The notes: generated by a model not told the origin, from the sequence alone. A stretch of DNA of 64,000 nucleotides from Candidatus Thalassarchaeum betae (GCA_003193925.1 PSPG01000003.1:32001-96000), one strand, 5' to 3'. Positions 1-10,255 are shown, counted from the first letter of the stretch. Numbers and translations: made by a program.

Positions 1-1315
1 TCAGGACCTCGGAATGGTCGGCTATTCCGAGGTACTCCCAGCCTAGGTTCATCGCGGCGGCTGCCATCTCCTCCAGTGTCGCCGTGCCGTCTGATGCCAC
101 TGTGTGATTGTGGAGTGCGCCCCTGATGTCGTCTGGCTCGATTAGCCCCGGCAGGCCAGCGCCTCCAGTGCTGGCTGCCTCTATCTCGCCCATGTCCTCA
201 CGCATCTCGGGCGGGACCCAAGCCATTCCGAGATGGCGGTAGATATCCGACTCGTCGGCACACTCGAGAGTGTGCTTGGCAGCCTCCATACCGGTGCTGT
301 CGCCAGCGGCCTCCTCGGGGAAGAGACCGAACTCATTGAGACGCAGTCCGCGGTCGATGGCAATCTGCCTCATCCGAATGTTGTGCTCCTTCGAGCCGGT
401 GAAGTACGCGAGGGTGAACGGGAAGGTGGCGGGGGCGACGATCCTCACCTGGGCGTCGATTGTCGCATCACTACTGCGCTCCTTCAAAGTCTCAGCCAGT
501 TGGACATCGACGCTGCCGCCTCCAACAGCTCCCCCCAGCATGTCGGCCTCTAGGATGAGGCTGATTTTCGACTCGCCGTGGCCCTTGACCTCGGCTATGC
601 CTGGGAAGGCCAGAATCGCCTCGATGACCGAGTCATGGTCATCCGTCTCGGCCCCGACGACGATGTCGAGGTCGCCGATGGTCTCCCTGCGTCTGCGGGT
701 GCTGCCGGCCAACTCGGCCCTGATTACACCGGGTATGGCAGAGATGCGCTCCTCGAACGCTTGGCCGTAGAGCAGTCCCACATCCATCCTGCTGCGCCCC
801 TGATAGCGGCGTAGTAACTCGATTCCCTCGAGATACTTCTGCTGGCTCTTCTCGCCGAACCCGGACAGCGGGGCGATGTGGCCCATCTCACAGGCCGCCT
901 TCAGCGACTCGACTGAGTCGACACCCAGCTCCTCGTGCAGGATGCGGGCTCGCTTAGGGCCGAGCCCGGGGATTCCTATTATCTCCATGAGGCCAGGTGG
1001 GATGCGCTCGTACAGACTCGTCAAATCTCCCCATGTTCCCTCGAGCACGGCTCTCGTAATCAGTCCACCCAGGCCCTTGCCGATTCCTTTGACGTCGGTG
1101 ATCCTCTCCTCCTGAACCACGGTGAGCAGGTCCTCCTCGAGCGAGGCAAGGGCGCGGCTGGCGTTCTGGTAGGCGATGACGCGGAAGCGGTTGGCCCCGT
1201 CGAGCTCCAGCAGGACGCCGACCTGCTCGAGAACGGCCACTATCTGCGACTTGGTGATGAACGGTGGGCCCTCTGACCTCGCCTTAGGCAGACTCCAGCC
1301 GGATACCTTGACCAC
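1..1315 (-). CDS. polX: DNA polymerase X family / PHP-domain protein (3' end runs off the window start)
   Basis: Not in the ORF track because it has no stop in the window. Manual translation gives ELDGANRFRVIAY, HhH motifs VKGIGK and IPGLGPKRA, palm AGSTRRRRETIGDLD, YFTGSKEHN, LNEFGLF, WVPPEMRE, and PHP motifs LHNHTVASDG and IADHS. The GTG start at 1315 is tentative. Confidence 0.92.
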   Translation of the reverse strand, partial: MVKVSGWSLPKARSEGPPFITKSQIVAVLEQVGVLLELDGANRFRVIAYQNASRALASLEEDLLTVVQEERITDVKGIGKGLGGLITRAVLEGTWGDLTSLYERIPPGLMEIIGIPGLGPKRARILHEELGVDSVESLKAACEMGHIAPLSGFGEKSQQKYLEGIELLRRYQGRSRMDVGLLYGQAFEERISAIPGVIRAELAGSTRRRRETIGDLDIVVGAETDDHDSVIEAILAFPGIAEVKGHGESKISLILEADMLGGAVGGGSVDVQLAETLKERSSDATIDAQVRIVAPATFPFTLAYFTGSKEHNIRMRQIAIDRGLRLNEFGLFPEEAAGDSTGMEAAKHTLECADESDIYRHLGMAWVPPEMREDMGEIEAASTGGAGLPGLIEPDDIRGALHNHTVASDGTATLEEMAAAAMNLGWEYLGIADHSEVL

Positions 1316-1408
1316 GGCTCCAACCAGTGGTCACCCGCCTTGATTCTGTCCCTCGGGGGCCGAGGCCTCCTCCCCAACTTACTCAAGCGGGTTCGCTTAC
1401 GAAGGGGC

Positions 1409-1750
1409 ATGGACCCAGTCGGCTTAGCGGAGACGGTCTCGGTGAGTCTTTGCAGTCTGGCAGTGCTGCTCTGGATGTCGATAGGGACCTTCTCCCGGAC
1501 CGAGGCTGCAGAGCTGCTTGCACAGCGGGTCATAGCCGCGCTCTGCATAATCTCCGCAATCCTACTGTTCGCCCTCCACCATATGGGAGGCGAGCTCTGG
1601 GGCTCGAGGAACGTGGCACGTCCCCTAGCGGTCGTAGCCGTCATCGTGGCCTTGGCAGGGATGCTGAACATCAAGGGAAAGGACATCCGGGGAGAGACCA
1701 ATCCGCACAATATCGCGAAGATTCGCCAAGAGAAGAAGCCTAAGGACTAG
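1409..1750 (+). CDS. Small hypothetical membrane protein (3 predicted TM helices)
   Basis: ATG at 1409 inside ORF 1340..1750. Three hydrophobic stretches and a basic tail; it fills the gap between genes. Confidence 0.65.
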   Translation: MDPVGLAETVSVSLCSLAVLLWMSIGTFSRTEAAELLAQRVIAALCIISAILLFALHHMGGELWGSRNVARPLAVVAVIVALAGMLNIKGKDIRGETNPHNIAKIRQEKKPKD

Positions 1751-2022
1751 TCGTTCGCGATCTTGTCATCGATGAAGGCGCGCATGTACGCGGGCAACTC
1801 GCCATTGACGAAGACGACGTCGTTGACATCGTGGAGTTTCATCAGAGAGTAGTAGATCTGCATCGCGGTCATCGGGGTGGCGCTGCACCCGGTGCAACCT
1901 CCCTCTAGAGAGATCATGATCACCCCATCAGTGGTATCCATCACGTTGACGACGCCGTCATGGGCGTCGAGGACCGCCTGAACGGGGCCCACAGAGTCGA
2001 GAATCGTCTGCTTGTCGACCAT
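1747..2022 (-). CDS. NifU-like (Nfu) Fe-S scaffold domain protein
   Basis: C-terminal part of ORF 1747..2388 from ATG 2022: VLDAHDGVV...ISLEGGCTGCSAT, matching the Nfu CxxC motif. Confidence 0.8.
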   Translation of the reverse strand: MVDKQTILDSVGPVQAVLDAHDGVVNVMDTTDGVIMISLEGGCTGCSATPMTAMQIYYSLMKLHDVNDVVFVNGELPAYMRAFIDDKIAND

Positions 2023-2088
2023 CCGGTACCCTCCTCCGGCGGTCCAGTCCATGCGGGGGGCTTTCAACCAATTGCCGCTACGGAGGCC

Positions 2089-2988
2089 ATGGGCGCGCAC
2101 ACGCGGGTGGTGCTGCTTGACCTGCTGGTCGAGCTCTCCGAGTTCGGACACGGCGGCAATCAGGAGATGGTACGGCCACTCGCGGACAGCGGGAGCGTCG
2201 AGGTTCTGCTCCTCACTCCGCAGATGCAATCGCACGAAGCGGGGGAGCGGGCTCAGTCCGAAGGGGAGACGCTTCTGACCGAGGACGACGTTCCGCACTG
2301 GGACGACGATTTCGGCTTCTGGCAGGAGTGCGAGCTGCAGATGGGGGGCAATCCGGTGACGTTCCGCCGCATCGCGATGCCACTGCACGGTGACGATGAG
2401 TTGACTGCACAGTGGTTCAACGGGCTAGGCGTCGATGCGCTCTACTGCGGCGGCTCTCGCCGCAACGTCTCGATATGGGAGGACTGGATGGAGGGCTGCG
2501 CCGCCCTCATGCGAGCCTCGGTGAGCTCTGGCACGCCCACGCTAGGGATCTGCTTCGGCCACCAACTGCTGTGCAAGGCGCTCGGTGCGACCATCACCCG
2601 AGCCGACTCCCTGTCGAACGGGGTCTGGGACCTCGATTTGACAGCCGAGGGCAGAAGCGACCGTCTCTTCCAAGCCAGGCGCACTGGCGCTGACGACTCG
2701 CCCGTAGTCCTGTTCACCCACAAGGACCACGTGGTCACAGTTCCCGACTGCTGCACCCTGCTCGGTAGCACCGAGCACAATCCAGTCACCGCCGTGCGCG
2801 TTTACGACGGGGGGGGCAACGCCCTGCCGTCGTGGGGAGTGCAATTCCACCCAGAGGCTGCGAAGACTCGCGTCGAGCGCGCCTTCGAGTGGGGGCACAT
2901 CACCGAAGAGGAGATGGACTCGTTCCAGCGCGAGCACGACGGAGCCGGCATCCTCGCTTCATTCGCCTCGGTCGTGCTCGAAAACTGA
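2089..2988 (+). CDS. Type 1 glutamine amidotransferase (GMP synthase GATase-like)
   Basis: Triad motifs GICFGHQL and VQFHPE. ATG 2089 is preceded by GGAGG. Confidence 0.85.
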   Translation: MGAHTRVVLLDLLVELSEFGHGGNQEMVRPLADSGSVEVLLLTPQMQSHEAGERAQSEGETLLTEDDVPHWDDDFGFWQECELQMGGNPVTFRRIAMPLHGDDELTAQWFNGLGVDALYCGGSRRNVSIWEDWMEGCAALMRASVSSGTPTLGICFGHQLLCKALGATITRADSLSNGVWDLDLTAEGRSDRLFQARRTGADDSPVVLFTHKDHVVTVPDCCTLLGSTEHNPVTAVRVYDGGGNALPSWGVQFHPEAAKTRVERAFEWGHITEEEMDSFQREHDGAGILASFASVVLEN

Positions 2989-2995
2989 AAGCGGT

Positions 2996-3012
2996 CCGCC
3001 CCGTAGGGGCGG
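2996..3012. other. Intergenic perfect hairpin CCGCCCC-GTA-GGGGCGG (possible terminator or processing site)
   Basis: 7-bp inverted repeat with a 3-nt loop just after the GATase stop. No U-tract follows. Confidence 0.45.
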
Positions 3013-3028
3013 GGCCATTGGATTTGGA

Positions 3029-3039
3029 TTATAAGCGGG
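3029..3039 (+). promoter_or_regulatory. TATA-box-like element of hppA (likely leaderless transcript)
   Basis: TTATAAGCGGG about 31 nt upstream of GTG 3062, the spacing expected for an archaeal promoter starting near the start codon. Confidence 0.55.
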
Positions 3040-3061
3040 CCTTTGGTCGACGGGGCGACAG

Positions 3062-5125
3062 GTGAGTAGTGTGATTGAGAACATCCAGGAGATTGGAGTG
3101 GGCACAGCATTAGTCGGACTGCTGATTGCATTCGTGCTGTACAAGAAAATCAACAAGACCGAAATCAGCAATCCGATCGTCGCAGACATCACTCAGCAGA
3201 TTCAGGACGGAGCTATGACCTTCCTGAGGGCCGAATACAGGTACCTAGCCATCTTCATCGCAATTGTGGCTGCGGCGCTTTACGCCAACCCGAGCACCGA
3301 GCCGGAGACCGCTGTCGCGTTCCTCGCTGGCGCCGCGGCCAGCGTTGCCGCTGGATTCAGCGGTATGCGCGCGGCTACCAGCGCCAATGGGCGCACCGCG
3401 ATGGCCGCAGCCGAAGGCGGGCAGCCTGCCGCGCTGGCCGTGGCCTACAACGGTGGGGCTGTGATGGGCCTGTCCGTCGGTGGCCTCGGACTGCTAGGAA
3501 TCTCCGTGATGGCGATGTGGCTGGGCACCGGAGACGCCATCCAGAACGTCGCTGGCTTCGGGATGGGGGCTTCGTCCATCGCGCTGTTCGCGCGCGTGGG
3601 CGGGGGTATCTTCACCAAGGCGGCCGACGTCGGTGCCGACCTAGTTGGCAAGGTCGAGGTTGGAATCCCTGAGGATGATCCCCGCAACCCCGGTGTCATC
3701 GCCGACAACGTCGGTGACAACGTCGGTGACGTCGCAGGAATGGGCGCTGACATCTTCGAGTCCTTCGTCGGCTCGATCATCGCCGCTATGATCATCGCGC
3801 AGGCCTCGGGCATGCACGAGCACTACGTCCTCCTGCCGATCTTCCTCGGCTTCGTCGGGTACGCTGCGAGCATCATCGGCATCTTCAGCATGGAGCTGAT
3901 GAAGGGCGGCGATGCCGCTGCGGCCCTACGAAACACCACCTTCATCGGCGCTGGACTGTTCTGGGTCGCTGGCTGGTTCGGAATCGGTGAAATCGGGCTA
4001 GAGACCGGCACTGACCCGATGATTGCCGTGATTATCGGCAGCATAGTCGGTATCCTGATTGGACTCGTGACCGAGTACTACACGGGAATCGAGGACGTCC
4101 TCGGTGTCTCGACCAGGGCAATCCCGCACATCGCCGAGATGTCCAAGACCGGTCCTGCTACCAACGCCATAGCCGGCCTCTCGGTCGGGATGCAGTCGAC
4201 CTTCATCCCCATCCTCCTCATCTCCCTCGGCATCTTCGGCGCCAACCACTACATGGGTGGCGGCGATCCCGGCCTCTATGGAATCGCAATGGCCGCCATG
4301 GGCATGCTCGCGACCGTCGGCGTCACGATGACTGTAGACGCCTACGGGCCCGTGGCAGACAACGCCGGAGGGATCTCGGAGATGAGCAAGCTCGGCTCGG
4401 ACGTCCGCGAAATCACCGACGGACTCGACAGCATCGGCAACACCACTGCCGCCATCGGCAAGGGATTCGCAATCGGCTCGGCCGCTCTGACCGCTCTGGC
4501 CCTGTTCGCCGCCTTCAAGACCTCGAGCGGCCTCACGGCCGCTGACCTCAGCCTGACCGAGCCGATAGTTGTAATCGGGCTACTGATCGGTGGCTCGCTG
4601 CCGTTCGTCATCGCAGCGATGACGATGACCAGCGTCGGAAAGGCAGCCGGTGAGATGGTCAACGAGATTCGTCGCCAGTTCCGCGAGATCGACGGCCTGC
4701 TGGAGGGCAGAGAGGGCGTCAAACCGGACAGCGCCCGGTGCGTCGAGATCTCGACCCAGGCCGCGCTCCGCGAGATGGTGGCCCCGGGACTGACAGCGAT
4801 TGCTGCTCCTGTAATCGTCGGAACAGTACTAGGCGCAGCAGCCCTAGGCGGGCTTCTGGCTGGGGCCCTCGTGACCGGTGTACTGATGGCGCTCTTCATG
4901 GCCAACGCCGGCGGCGCTTGGGACAACGCGAAGAAGGCCATCGAACAGGGTCGCATCGAGGGTGCCGCGAAGGGCGATGCTTCTCACGATGCGGCGATCA
5001 TCGGCGACACTATCGGCGACCCGTTCAAGGACACCAGCGGGCCTTCGCTGAACATCCTGATCAAGCTGATGTCGATCGTCGCGGTCGTGATAGCCCCAGG
5101 GCTGACCCTCACAGGAATGCTCTGA
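3062..5125 (+). CDS. hppA: Membrane-bound K+-dependent, probably Na+-translocating pyrophosphatase
   Basis: [72 protein letters not shown], and many TM helices. Confidence 0.97.
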   Translation: MSSVIENIQEIGVGTALVGLLIAFVLYKKINKTEISNPIVADITQQIQDGAMTFLRAEYRYLAIFIAIVAAALYANPSTEPETAVAFLAGAAASVAAGFSGMRAATSANGRTAMAAAEGGQPAALAVAYNGGAVMGLSVGGLGLLGISVMAMWLGTGDAIQNVAGFGMGASSIALFARVGGGIFTKAADVGADLVGKVEVGIPEDDPRNPGVIADNVGDNVGDVAGMGADIFESFVGSIIAAMIIAQASGMHEHYVLLPIFLGFVGYAASIIGIFSMELMKGGDAAAALRNTTFIGAGLFWVAGWFGIGEIGLETGTDPMIAVIIGSIVGILIGLVTEYYTGIEDVLGVSTRAIPHIAEMSKTGPATNAIAGLSVGMQSTFIPILLISLGIFGANHYMGGGDPGLYGIAMAAMGMLATVGVTMTVDAYGPVADNAGGISEMSKLGSDVREITDGLDSIGNTTAAIGKGFAIGSAALTALALFAAFKTSSGLTAADLSLTEPIVVIGLLIGGSLPFVIAAMTMTSVGKAAGEMVNEIRRQFREIDGLLEGREGVKPDSARCVEISTQAALREMVAPGLTAIAAPVIVGTVLGAAALGGLLAGALVTGVLMALFMANAGGAWDNAKKAIEQGRIEGAAKGDASHDAAIIGDTIGDPFKDTSGPSLNILIKLMSIVAVVIAPGLTLTGML

Positions 5126-5153
5126 GAGCGCCATACCTGTCTGCGTCAGTCTC

Positions 5154-6134
5154 ATGACTGACGGCAGGGACGGCTTACTCATGCGCGCGGCGCTGAGTAT
5201 GGCCCTGTCGGTCCTGCTGATGGCCACCGCGCTATCCGGCTGCACGAGCATCAGCGGTATCGTCGGGGGCTCTGATTCCGTCGAAGTCCCAGTTTGGGAG
5301 GTCGGCGATTGGTGGCTGTACACCTTCTCGACTCCAGACTACACCGACGACACGGCCCGACTGGTCGTCGCCTCCGTCAGCGAGGAGGACAACTCCTCCT
5401 ACATGCTTGCCATCTCGAGTCTGAGCGAGGCTCGCAGGCACGCGGTGCTGAATCACAACCCGTTCCTCGGCAGGATGACCCATGAGGACCTGAGCGCGTA
5501 CGAGAACGGCGTTGCCCGGACTGTGATGGACTTCCCATTGGATGAGGACAAGACATGGGAATTCACGCTGTTCTCCACCGAATGGAGCTCCAGTGTCAGG
5601 GGCGTCTCCGGGAACTCGGTGACCATCGGCGCTTTCGCGGATGACGGCTCCCAACTCGAATACGTCTACGACGGGGACGTCGGCTTCTTCTCGGCCTTCT
5701 TCTGGACCGACGCCTCCGGTGTCGAGCAGATGCGGATGATGCTCGCCGACAGCGGCGAAGGGCATACTGGCGACGTCTACTTCGTCCGCGGCGGCGACCT
5801 GTACTCTGACGAGTGGGAGGACACCGGGCCGGATATCGAGATCCGTGACACCTTCTTCGTCGGTGACCATCCCTCAGACGGCGAGTGGGACGAGATGATC
5901 TACTTCCTCGACGCCGAGTGCGGCGGGGGCTCCTCCAGCATCACCCTGACACTGCGGGACCATGCCTCGCTCTCCGCCCTCGAGAGGATCTGGGGACCGG
6001 GCGCCAGCGAGAGCGGCACTCTCGGCACCATCCCCTACCCCAGTGAGGAGTACACGCTGACTCTGACTTTCACCGGAAACACGTACCTGCGGCTCATGAT
6101 AGCAGGCGGGATAACCAGTTCTTGGAGCCTCTAG
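5154..6134 (+). CDS. Hypothetical acidic exported lipoprotein
   Basis: Signal peptide ending in lipobox LSGC, followed by PVWEVGDWWLY. The start could be 5154 or 5181. Confidence 0.75.
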   Translation: MTDGRDGLLMRAALSMALSVLLMATALSGCTSISGIVGGSDSVEVPVWEVGDWWLYTFSTPDYTDDTARLVVASVSEEDNSSYMLAISSLSEARRHAVLNHNPFLGRMTHEDLSAYENGVARTVMDFPLDEDKTWEFTLFSTEWSSSVRGVSGNSVTIGAFADDGSQLEYVYDGDVGFFSAFFWTDASGVEQMRMMLADSGEGHTGDVYFVRGGDLYSDEWEDTGPDIEIRDTFFVGDHPSDGEWDEMIYFLDAECGGGSSSITLTLRDHASLSALERIWGPGASESGTLGTIPYPSEEYTLTLTFTGNTYLRLMIAGGITSSWSL

Positions 6135-6397
6135 AGGTAATCGAGCAGGTGGTCCGAGCCACCGACGAACACGGGCTCCTCGCCCCTGAGGTCGAACAAG
6201 ATCGGAACCGTGCGGTGCTTGGTCTCAGCGACTACGGCCTCCCTCAGACCCTCGTGACGATCGAGGTTGACCTCCGTGTAACTGAGGCCGTGCGCCTCCA
6301 GCGTCCTCGTAGCGAGAGTGCAGTACGGGCAGACAGTCTGACTGAAGAACAGGAAGTCCGTATCTGCGGACTCAAGGTACTCACGTACTCGTGACAA
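6131..6397 (-). CDS. Glutaredoxin
   Basis: CPYC active site, RTVPILF cis-Pro motif, FVGGSD. Probable TTG start at 6397 behind GAGGAGG, overlapping the upstream stop. Confidence 0.88.
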   Translation of the reverse strand: MSRVREYLESADTDFLFFSQTVCPYCTLATRTLEAHGLSYTEVNLDRHEGLREAVVAETKHRTVPILFDLRGEEPVFVGGSDHLLDYL

Positions 6398-9300
6398 CGG
6401 CCTCGTCCTCCTCGTACCATGCCTCCGGCCGCTCTCCGAAGTCGCCATCGAACTCGTCCTCGCCATCACCGAAGCGGCCCTCGAGGACCCTGTCGACCTC
6501 ATCGGGATCGATGAACCATAGCAGTATCACCGTGAACAGGGTTAGCGCTGCTCCTATGTACAGCGAGGTGGTGTAGTCGAACCTCTGTATCATCTCGCCT
6601 GCGAACAGGTAGGCGAACACCGCCGAGAGGTTGAACATCGACATGTAGGCGGTGAACTGGGTCCCGCCGGCCTTGCTGAAGGTCAGCCTCATCGCGACAG
6701 CTATGATGCAGATCCAAGCGATGCCGTTGACGATGGAGCGGGCGCAAAGGTACGTGGTCATCACCGCAGTATTCGTCCAGTAGTCCGAGAGAAGCGCCAT
6801 TCCGGCGTTTGCCAAGGCTAGGAATGTGAAGCCGACCATAGCGACCTCCCTGACGCCAAACTTGTCCCCGATTATGCCTCCGATGATCTGTCCGAGCATC
6901 ATGAAGGCGATGACGATGCCACCCATGGTGACGTTGTACTTCGTCTGCGACCAGCTGGCCTCGTTGATGAAGATGTCAACCACTATCGGGTCGGTGAAGA
7001 GGTATAGTTCGGCCAGCAGGCACAGGAAGATGAGCAGGAAGGAAGAGCGGGTGGAGAAACCCTGGACGATGTAGTAGGCGGTACTGGAGACGTTCCTCTT
7101 CGACGATCTCGACATGAAGAAGAACGGATTGGGGACATCCGGTAGGGATACACCGAGCCACTCTGCGATGAGGAGTAGGGCGGTCAGGGCGAAACTGACC
7201 TTAGTGAACAGGAGGAACGGGCCTCCGATTGCGCCGTACGTCGCGTTGGTCGAAACTAGGTGGAGGATAGCGAACGCACCGCCGATGAGCAGGGCCACTA
7301 TGCTCACCCAAAGCAGTGCCGCGGGGAGGCTGACATTGTCCCGATACAGGTTGGTGGCTACCCATCTCGCCCTGTTGAAACGGGGGTCCTCGTCCCCATC
7401 CCAAGGCAGTGCGATCTCGGCCTCTGGATCTTCCTCCGACTCCTCCTCCTGGGTCCACCAGAGGTCCTCCTGGCCTTCCTCTGGCTTGCTCCAAGGGAAC
7501 AGCCTGTCCCCGGGCCTCTCGCGCAGGAACAGCGGCATCAACATGATGAGAAGCAGCACAGGCAGTTGGACCATGATCGCTGACTTGATGCCGAAGGGGA
7601 CGACCAGCATCCCGAGGACCGCCCCTCCGAATATGATGCCGCCGCGCTTGGCGGCGAACATGAAGCCGTTCGCCTTGGCGACCTCGTGGGGCTCTAGCAC
7701 ATCGACGGCGAGAGCGTCTACGCTGACGTCCTGCAAGGACGAGAACAGGTTGTGGACGAACAGCAGTATGGTAACGAGTCCGATTGAGGCGTTGAGGTCG
7801 GGCACGAAGAGCAGGGTGGATAGGGAGACCACCATCCCGGTCTGGGCGAATAGGATCCACGGGCGCCTGATTCCGTATGCTGGGAATCGAATTAGGTCAA
7901 TCATGGGGCCCCAGATGAACTTGAACGTCCAAGGCAGGGCGATAGTCGCGAACAGTATGGCGATCTGCTCGGGCGAGGCCCCGTTGTCGACGAGGTAGGC
8001 GACGAAGGCCACGTAGGTGAACCCGGACGGCAGTCCCTGGGCGACGTACAGCACGCACAGAGAGACGAAGCGCCTCATCGTGCTCTCTGTGAGCGAATTG
8101 CCTTCTTTCCATGATCGCCGGCCTGCTCTGAGAACTTCCGGGATGCGTGCCGGGCTGTAGGCCCTGATGTCGAACTCTCCGTCTTCGCCGTCTGAGGATG
8201 AGAGGGCGGAGAGGAACTTCCGGTCCCAGCGCTCATTGATCATGATGTAACCAAGCAAGGCCAAGATCATCACGAATGGAATGAAGAAGACGTAGGAGCC
8301 AATAGAAACCAAGCCGACTGCGGCGCCAACGGCCGACATCTCATCGATGAGGATGACCCTGCGGGCATCTACCGGGGAGATGCTGTCATCGGACATGACC
8401 AGCCTGGCGTAGATGGTGGTGTTGCCCGACTGCTCGTGCGGGTCGAGCTTGATGCGCCAACTTGCCCAGTCCCCGTTCTTGGACAGGTCGGCAGCCCCCT
8501 GCCACTCCCCCCCTCCAACCTTTACCTCAACGAGGCCGGTTCCGGGTGCGGCACCTGATGCAGTCCCGGCGATGTAGCTCTCGTTGCCGATCTCCTGCAG
8601 CGTGACGACGTCCATCGAGACGTTTAGCGAGCGGTCTATGCTGCCAGCCGCCTCGACGAAGGCCACCGGGTCGGCCTGACCGTAACCGAACTCGTTGTCA
8701 GGTCGAGATTCGAGCAGGCTGCAGTCGTTGAATCCGGGGTCGTCCAGCAATGCGATCTCCCGCTCTATCGAGTGGGCCCCGATGATGTCCTTGAACTCGG
8801 TCGGGGTCATGTCCGGATTGGCCTGCATCATCAGCGCGGCTATTCCTGCCATCAGCGGTGTGGCCATGCTGGTGCCGGACTTGCTGGTGTAGCCGTCCTT
8901 AGTGGCTGCATCGGGGGCCATGATGTTCGAGCCTATCGTGGCGACATCTGGCTTCACTCGCAAATCGGAGGTGTAGCCCCTGCTGCTGTAAATGGCGAGG
9001 CTGAGGTCCTTGTCCAGGCTAGCCACCGTAACGGGCAGTCGGGCGTCGCCCGGGCTGTCGATGGTGTTGCAGCCTGCGAGGGTGGCACCGCCGAACTCGT
9101 TGCCCGCGGACAGCGTGGTGATGATGCCGGCCTCGACCACCATGTCCATCTGGCGGCTCCAGGCAGAGTTGCCGTCGTTGTCGACGTGGATCTCGAACTG
9201 CTGCTCGCCGAGCGAGGAGGTGAGGATGTCGATGCCATGACCACCATCCCACTGACGATCCTTGTTGTCGATAGCCCACTGGGCACCCTGCATGATGTCC

Positions 9301-10205
9301 TCGATGTCGCCGTCGCAGCACGACAGGATGTTGATCAGGAATGCTCCCGGTGCTGCTCCGATGTAGCGTAGCCCGGTGCTGGGGTCGGTCTGACCTCCTC
9401 CCGTTCCAGCAGCGATGCCGGCAACATGGCTGCCATGGTCACTGGAGTCGTAGGACTCAGCCGGATCTTGCTCCGCGTCGGTTATCACGGCGTCGAAGAA
9501 GGCGATGATCTTCGGGTCACAGTCGGCTGGTATTGGGTCGGGGTTGGGGTCTAGTGGATCAGGTGGGTCATCGAGGCAGGTGAACGGGTCGTCGTCCATG
9601 TCGTTGAGGCCCTCATGGTCACCGCGAATCCCGGTGTCTAGGATCGCGATCACCGAGCCGGTGCCATCGAGGCCGAGTTCGGTCCAGACCTGGTCGACCC
9701 CTAGGGTCGGGACGGCTTCGTGCATGTTCGGCTCGGCCAGGCCGAGGTCCTCGACCATCACGACCCCGGGAAGGGCGCGGACGCCTTTGGGGTCGAGGAG
9801 CGCTGCGAAGGGGACCGTGGCAGCGAACAGGTCGAGGTACTTGGCCCGGAACGTGACCTCGGCGCCAAGCCGCTCGAGGACCCTGACGTCGGCGTCGGTA
9901 GGATGGTGGTCGTAGTCGACGAACACCCTGGCGCTCCCGGCCGGTGCTCGGCGCCACCAGTCCTGCTGGACGTCAGCCGGCTGCTCGAGCAGCCACTCGA
10001 GCCTGTCATCCAGTTGGTTGGCGTCCTTGTCGCGGCTCCAGTAGAGCCACCAGTAGGCATGGATGTCGGATTCCACCGAGGCACTCCAGTTGCCGTCTGC
10101 GTCGAATCCGCCGCGCCCGTCCTCGGCCATTATGGTCGATGAGGCGAGTGGCAGCAGGAACAGCAGGACGACTGCTGAGGCCAACGCTGCACGCCGTCCT
10201 GCCAT
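6381..10205 (-). CDS. Fusion protein: secreted S8 subtilase plus AmpG-like MFS transporter
   Basis: Signal peptide, then S8 triad motifs AILDTG, DHGSHVAG and SGTSMATP, then a TM anchor. MFS motifs follow: LYVAQGLPSG, PWTFKFIWGPMID, RRPWIL, QDVSVDALAVD, GTQFTAYMSMFN. One uninterrupted frame; ATG 10205 chosen. Confidence 0.9.
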   Translation of the reverse strand: MAGRRAALASAVVLLFLLPLASSTIMAEDGRGGFDADGNWSASVESDIHAYWWLYWSRDKDANQLDDRLEWLLEQPADVQQDWWRRAPAGSARVFVDYDHHPTDADVRVLERLGAEVTFRAKYLDLFAATVPFAALLDPKGVRALPGVVMVEDLGLAEPNMHEAVPTLGVDQVWTELGLDGTGSVIAILDTGIRGDHEGLNDMDDDPFTCLDDPPDPLDPNPDPIPADCDPKIIAFFDAVITDAEQDPAESYDSSDHGSHVAGIAAGTGGGQTDPSTGLRYIGAAPGAFLINILSCCDGDIEDIMQGAQWAIDNKDRQWDGGHGIDILTSSLGEQQFEIHVDNDGNSAWSRQMDMVVEAGIITTLSAGNEFGGATLAGCNTIDSPGDARLPVTVASLDKDLSLAIYSSRGYTSDLRVKPDVATIGSNIMAPDAATKDGYTSKSGTSMATPLMAGIAALMMQANPDMTPTEFKDIIGAHSIEREIALLDDPGFNDCSLLESRPDNEFGYGQADPVAFVEAAGSIDRSLNVSMDVVTLQEIGNESYIAGTASGAAPGTGLVEVKVGGGEWQGAADLSKNGDWASWRIKLDPHEQSGNTTIYARLVMSDDSISPVDARRVILIDEMSAVGAAVGLVSIGSYVFFIPFVMILALLGYIMINERWDRKFLSALSSSDGEDGEFDIRAYSPARIPEVLRAGRRSWKEGNSLTESTMRRFVSLCVLYVAQGLPSGFTYVAFVAYLVDNGASPEQIAILFATIALPWTFKFIWGPMIDLIRFPAYGIRRPWILFAQTGMVVSLSTLLFVPDLNASIGLVTILLFVHNLFSSLQDVSVDALAVDVLEPHEVAKANGFMFAAKRGGIIFGGAVLGMLVVPFGIKSAIMVQLPVLLLIMLMPLFLRERPGDRLFPWSKPEEGQEDLWWTQEEESEEDPEAEIALPWDGDEDPRFNRARWVATNLYRDNVSLPAALLWVSIVALLIGGAFAILHLVSTNATYGAIGGPFLLFTKVSFALTALLLIAEWLGVSLPDVPNPFFFMSRSSKRNVSSTAYYIVQGFSTRSSFLLIFLCLLAELYLFTDPIVVDIFINEASWSQTKYNVTMGGIVIAFMMLGQIIGGIIGDKFGVREVAMVGFTFLALANAGMALLSDYWTNTAVMTTYLCARSIVNGIAWICIIAVAMRLTFSKAGGTQFTAYMSMFNLSAVFAYLFAGEMIQRFDYTTSLYIGAALTLFTVILLWFIDPDEVDRVLEGRFGDGEDEFDGDFGERPEAWYEEDEAVVTST

Positions 10206-10255
10206 GGGCAGGACGAAAGTGGGGTGGTGTTTGAGACTTAGGTCGTCATCAGTCG

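Noticed and set aside
233-1276. Several plus-strand ORFs at the window start
   Set aside because: They are antisense shadows of the minus-strand polX frame.
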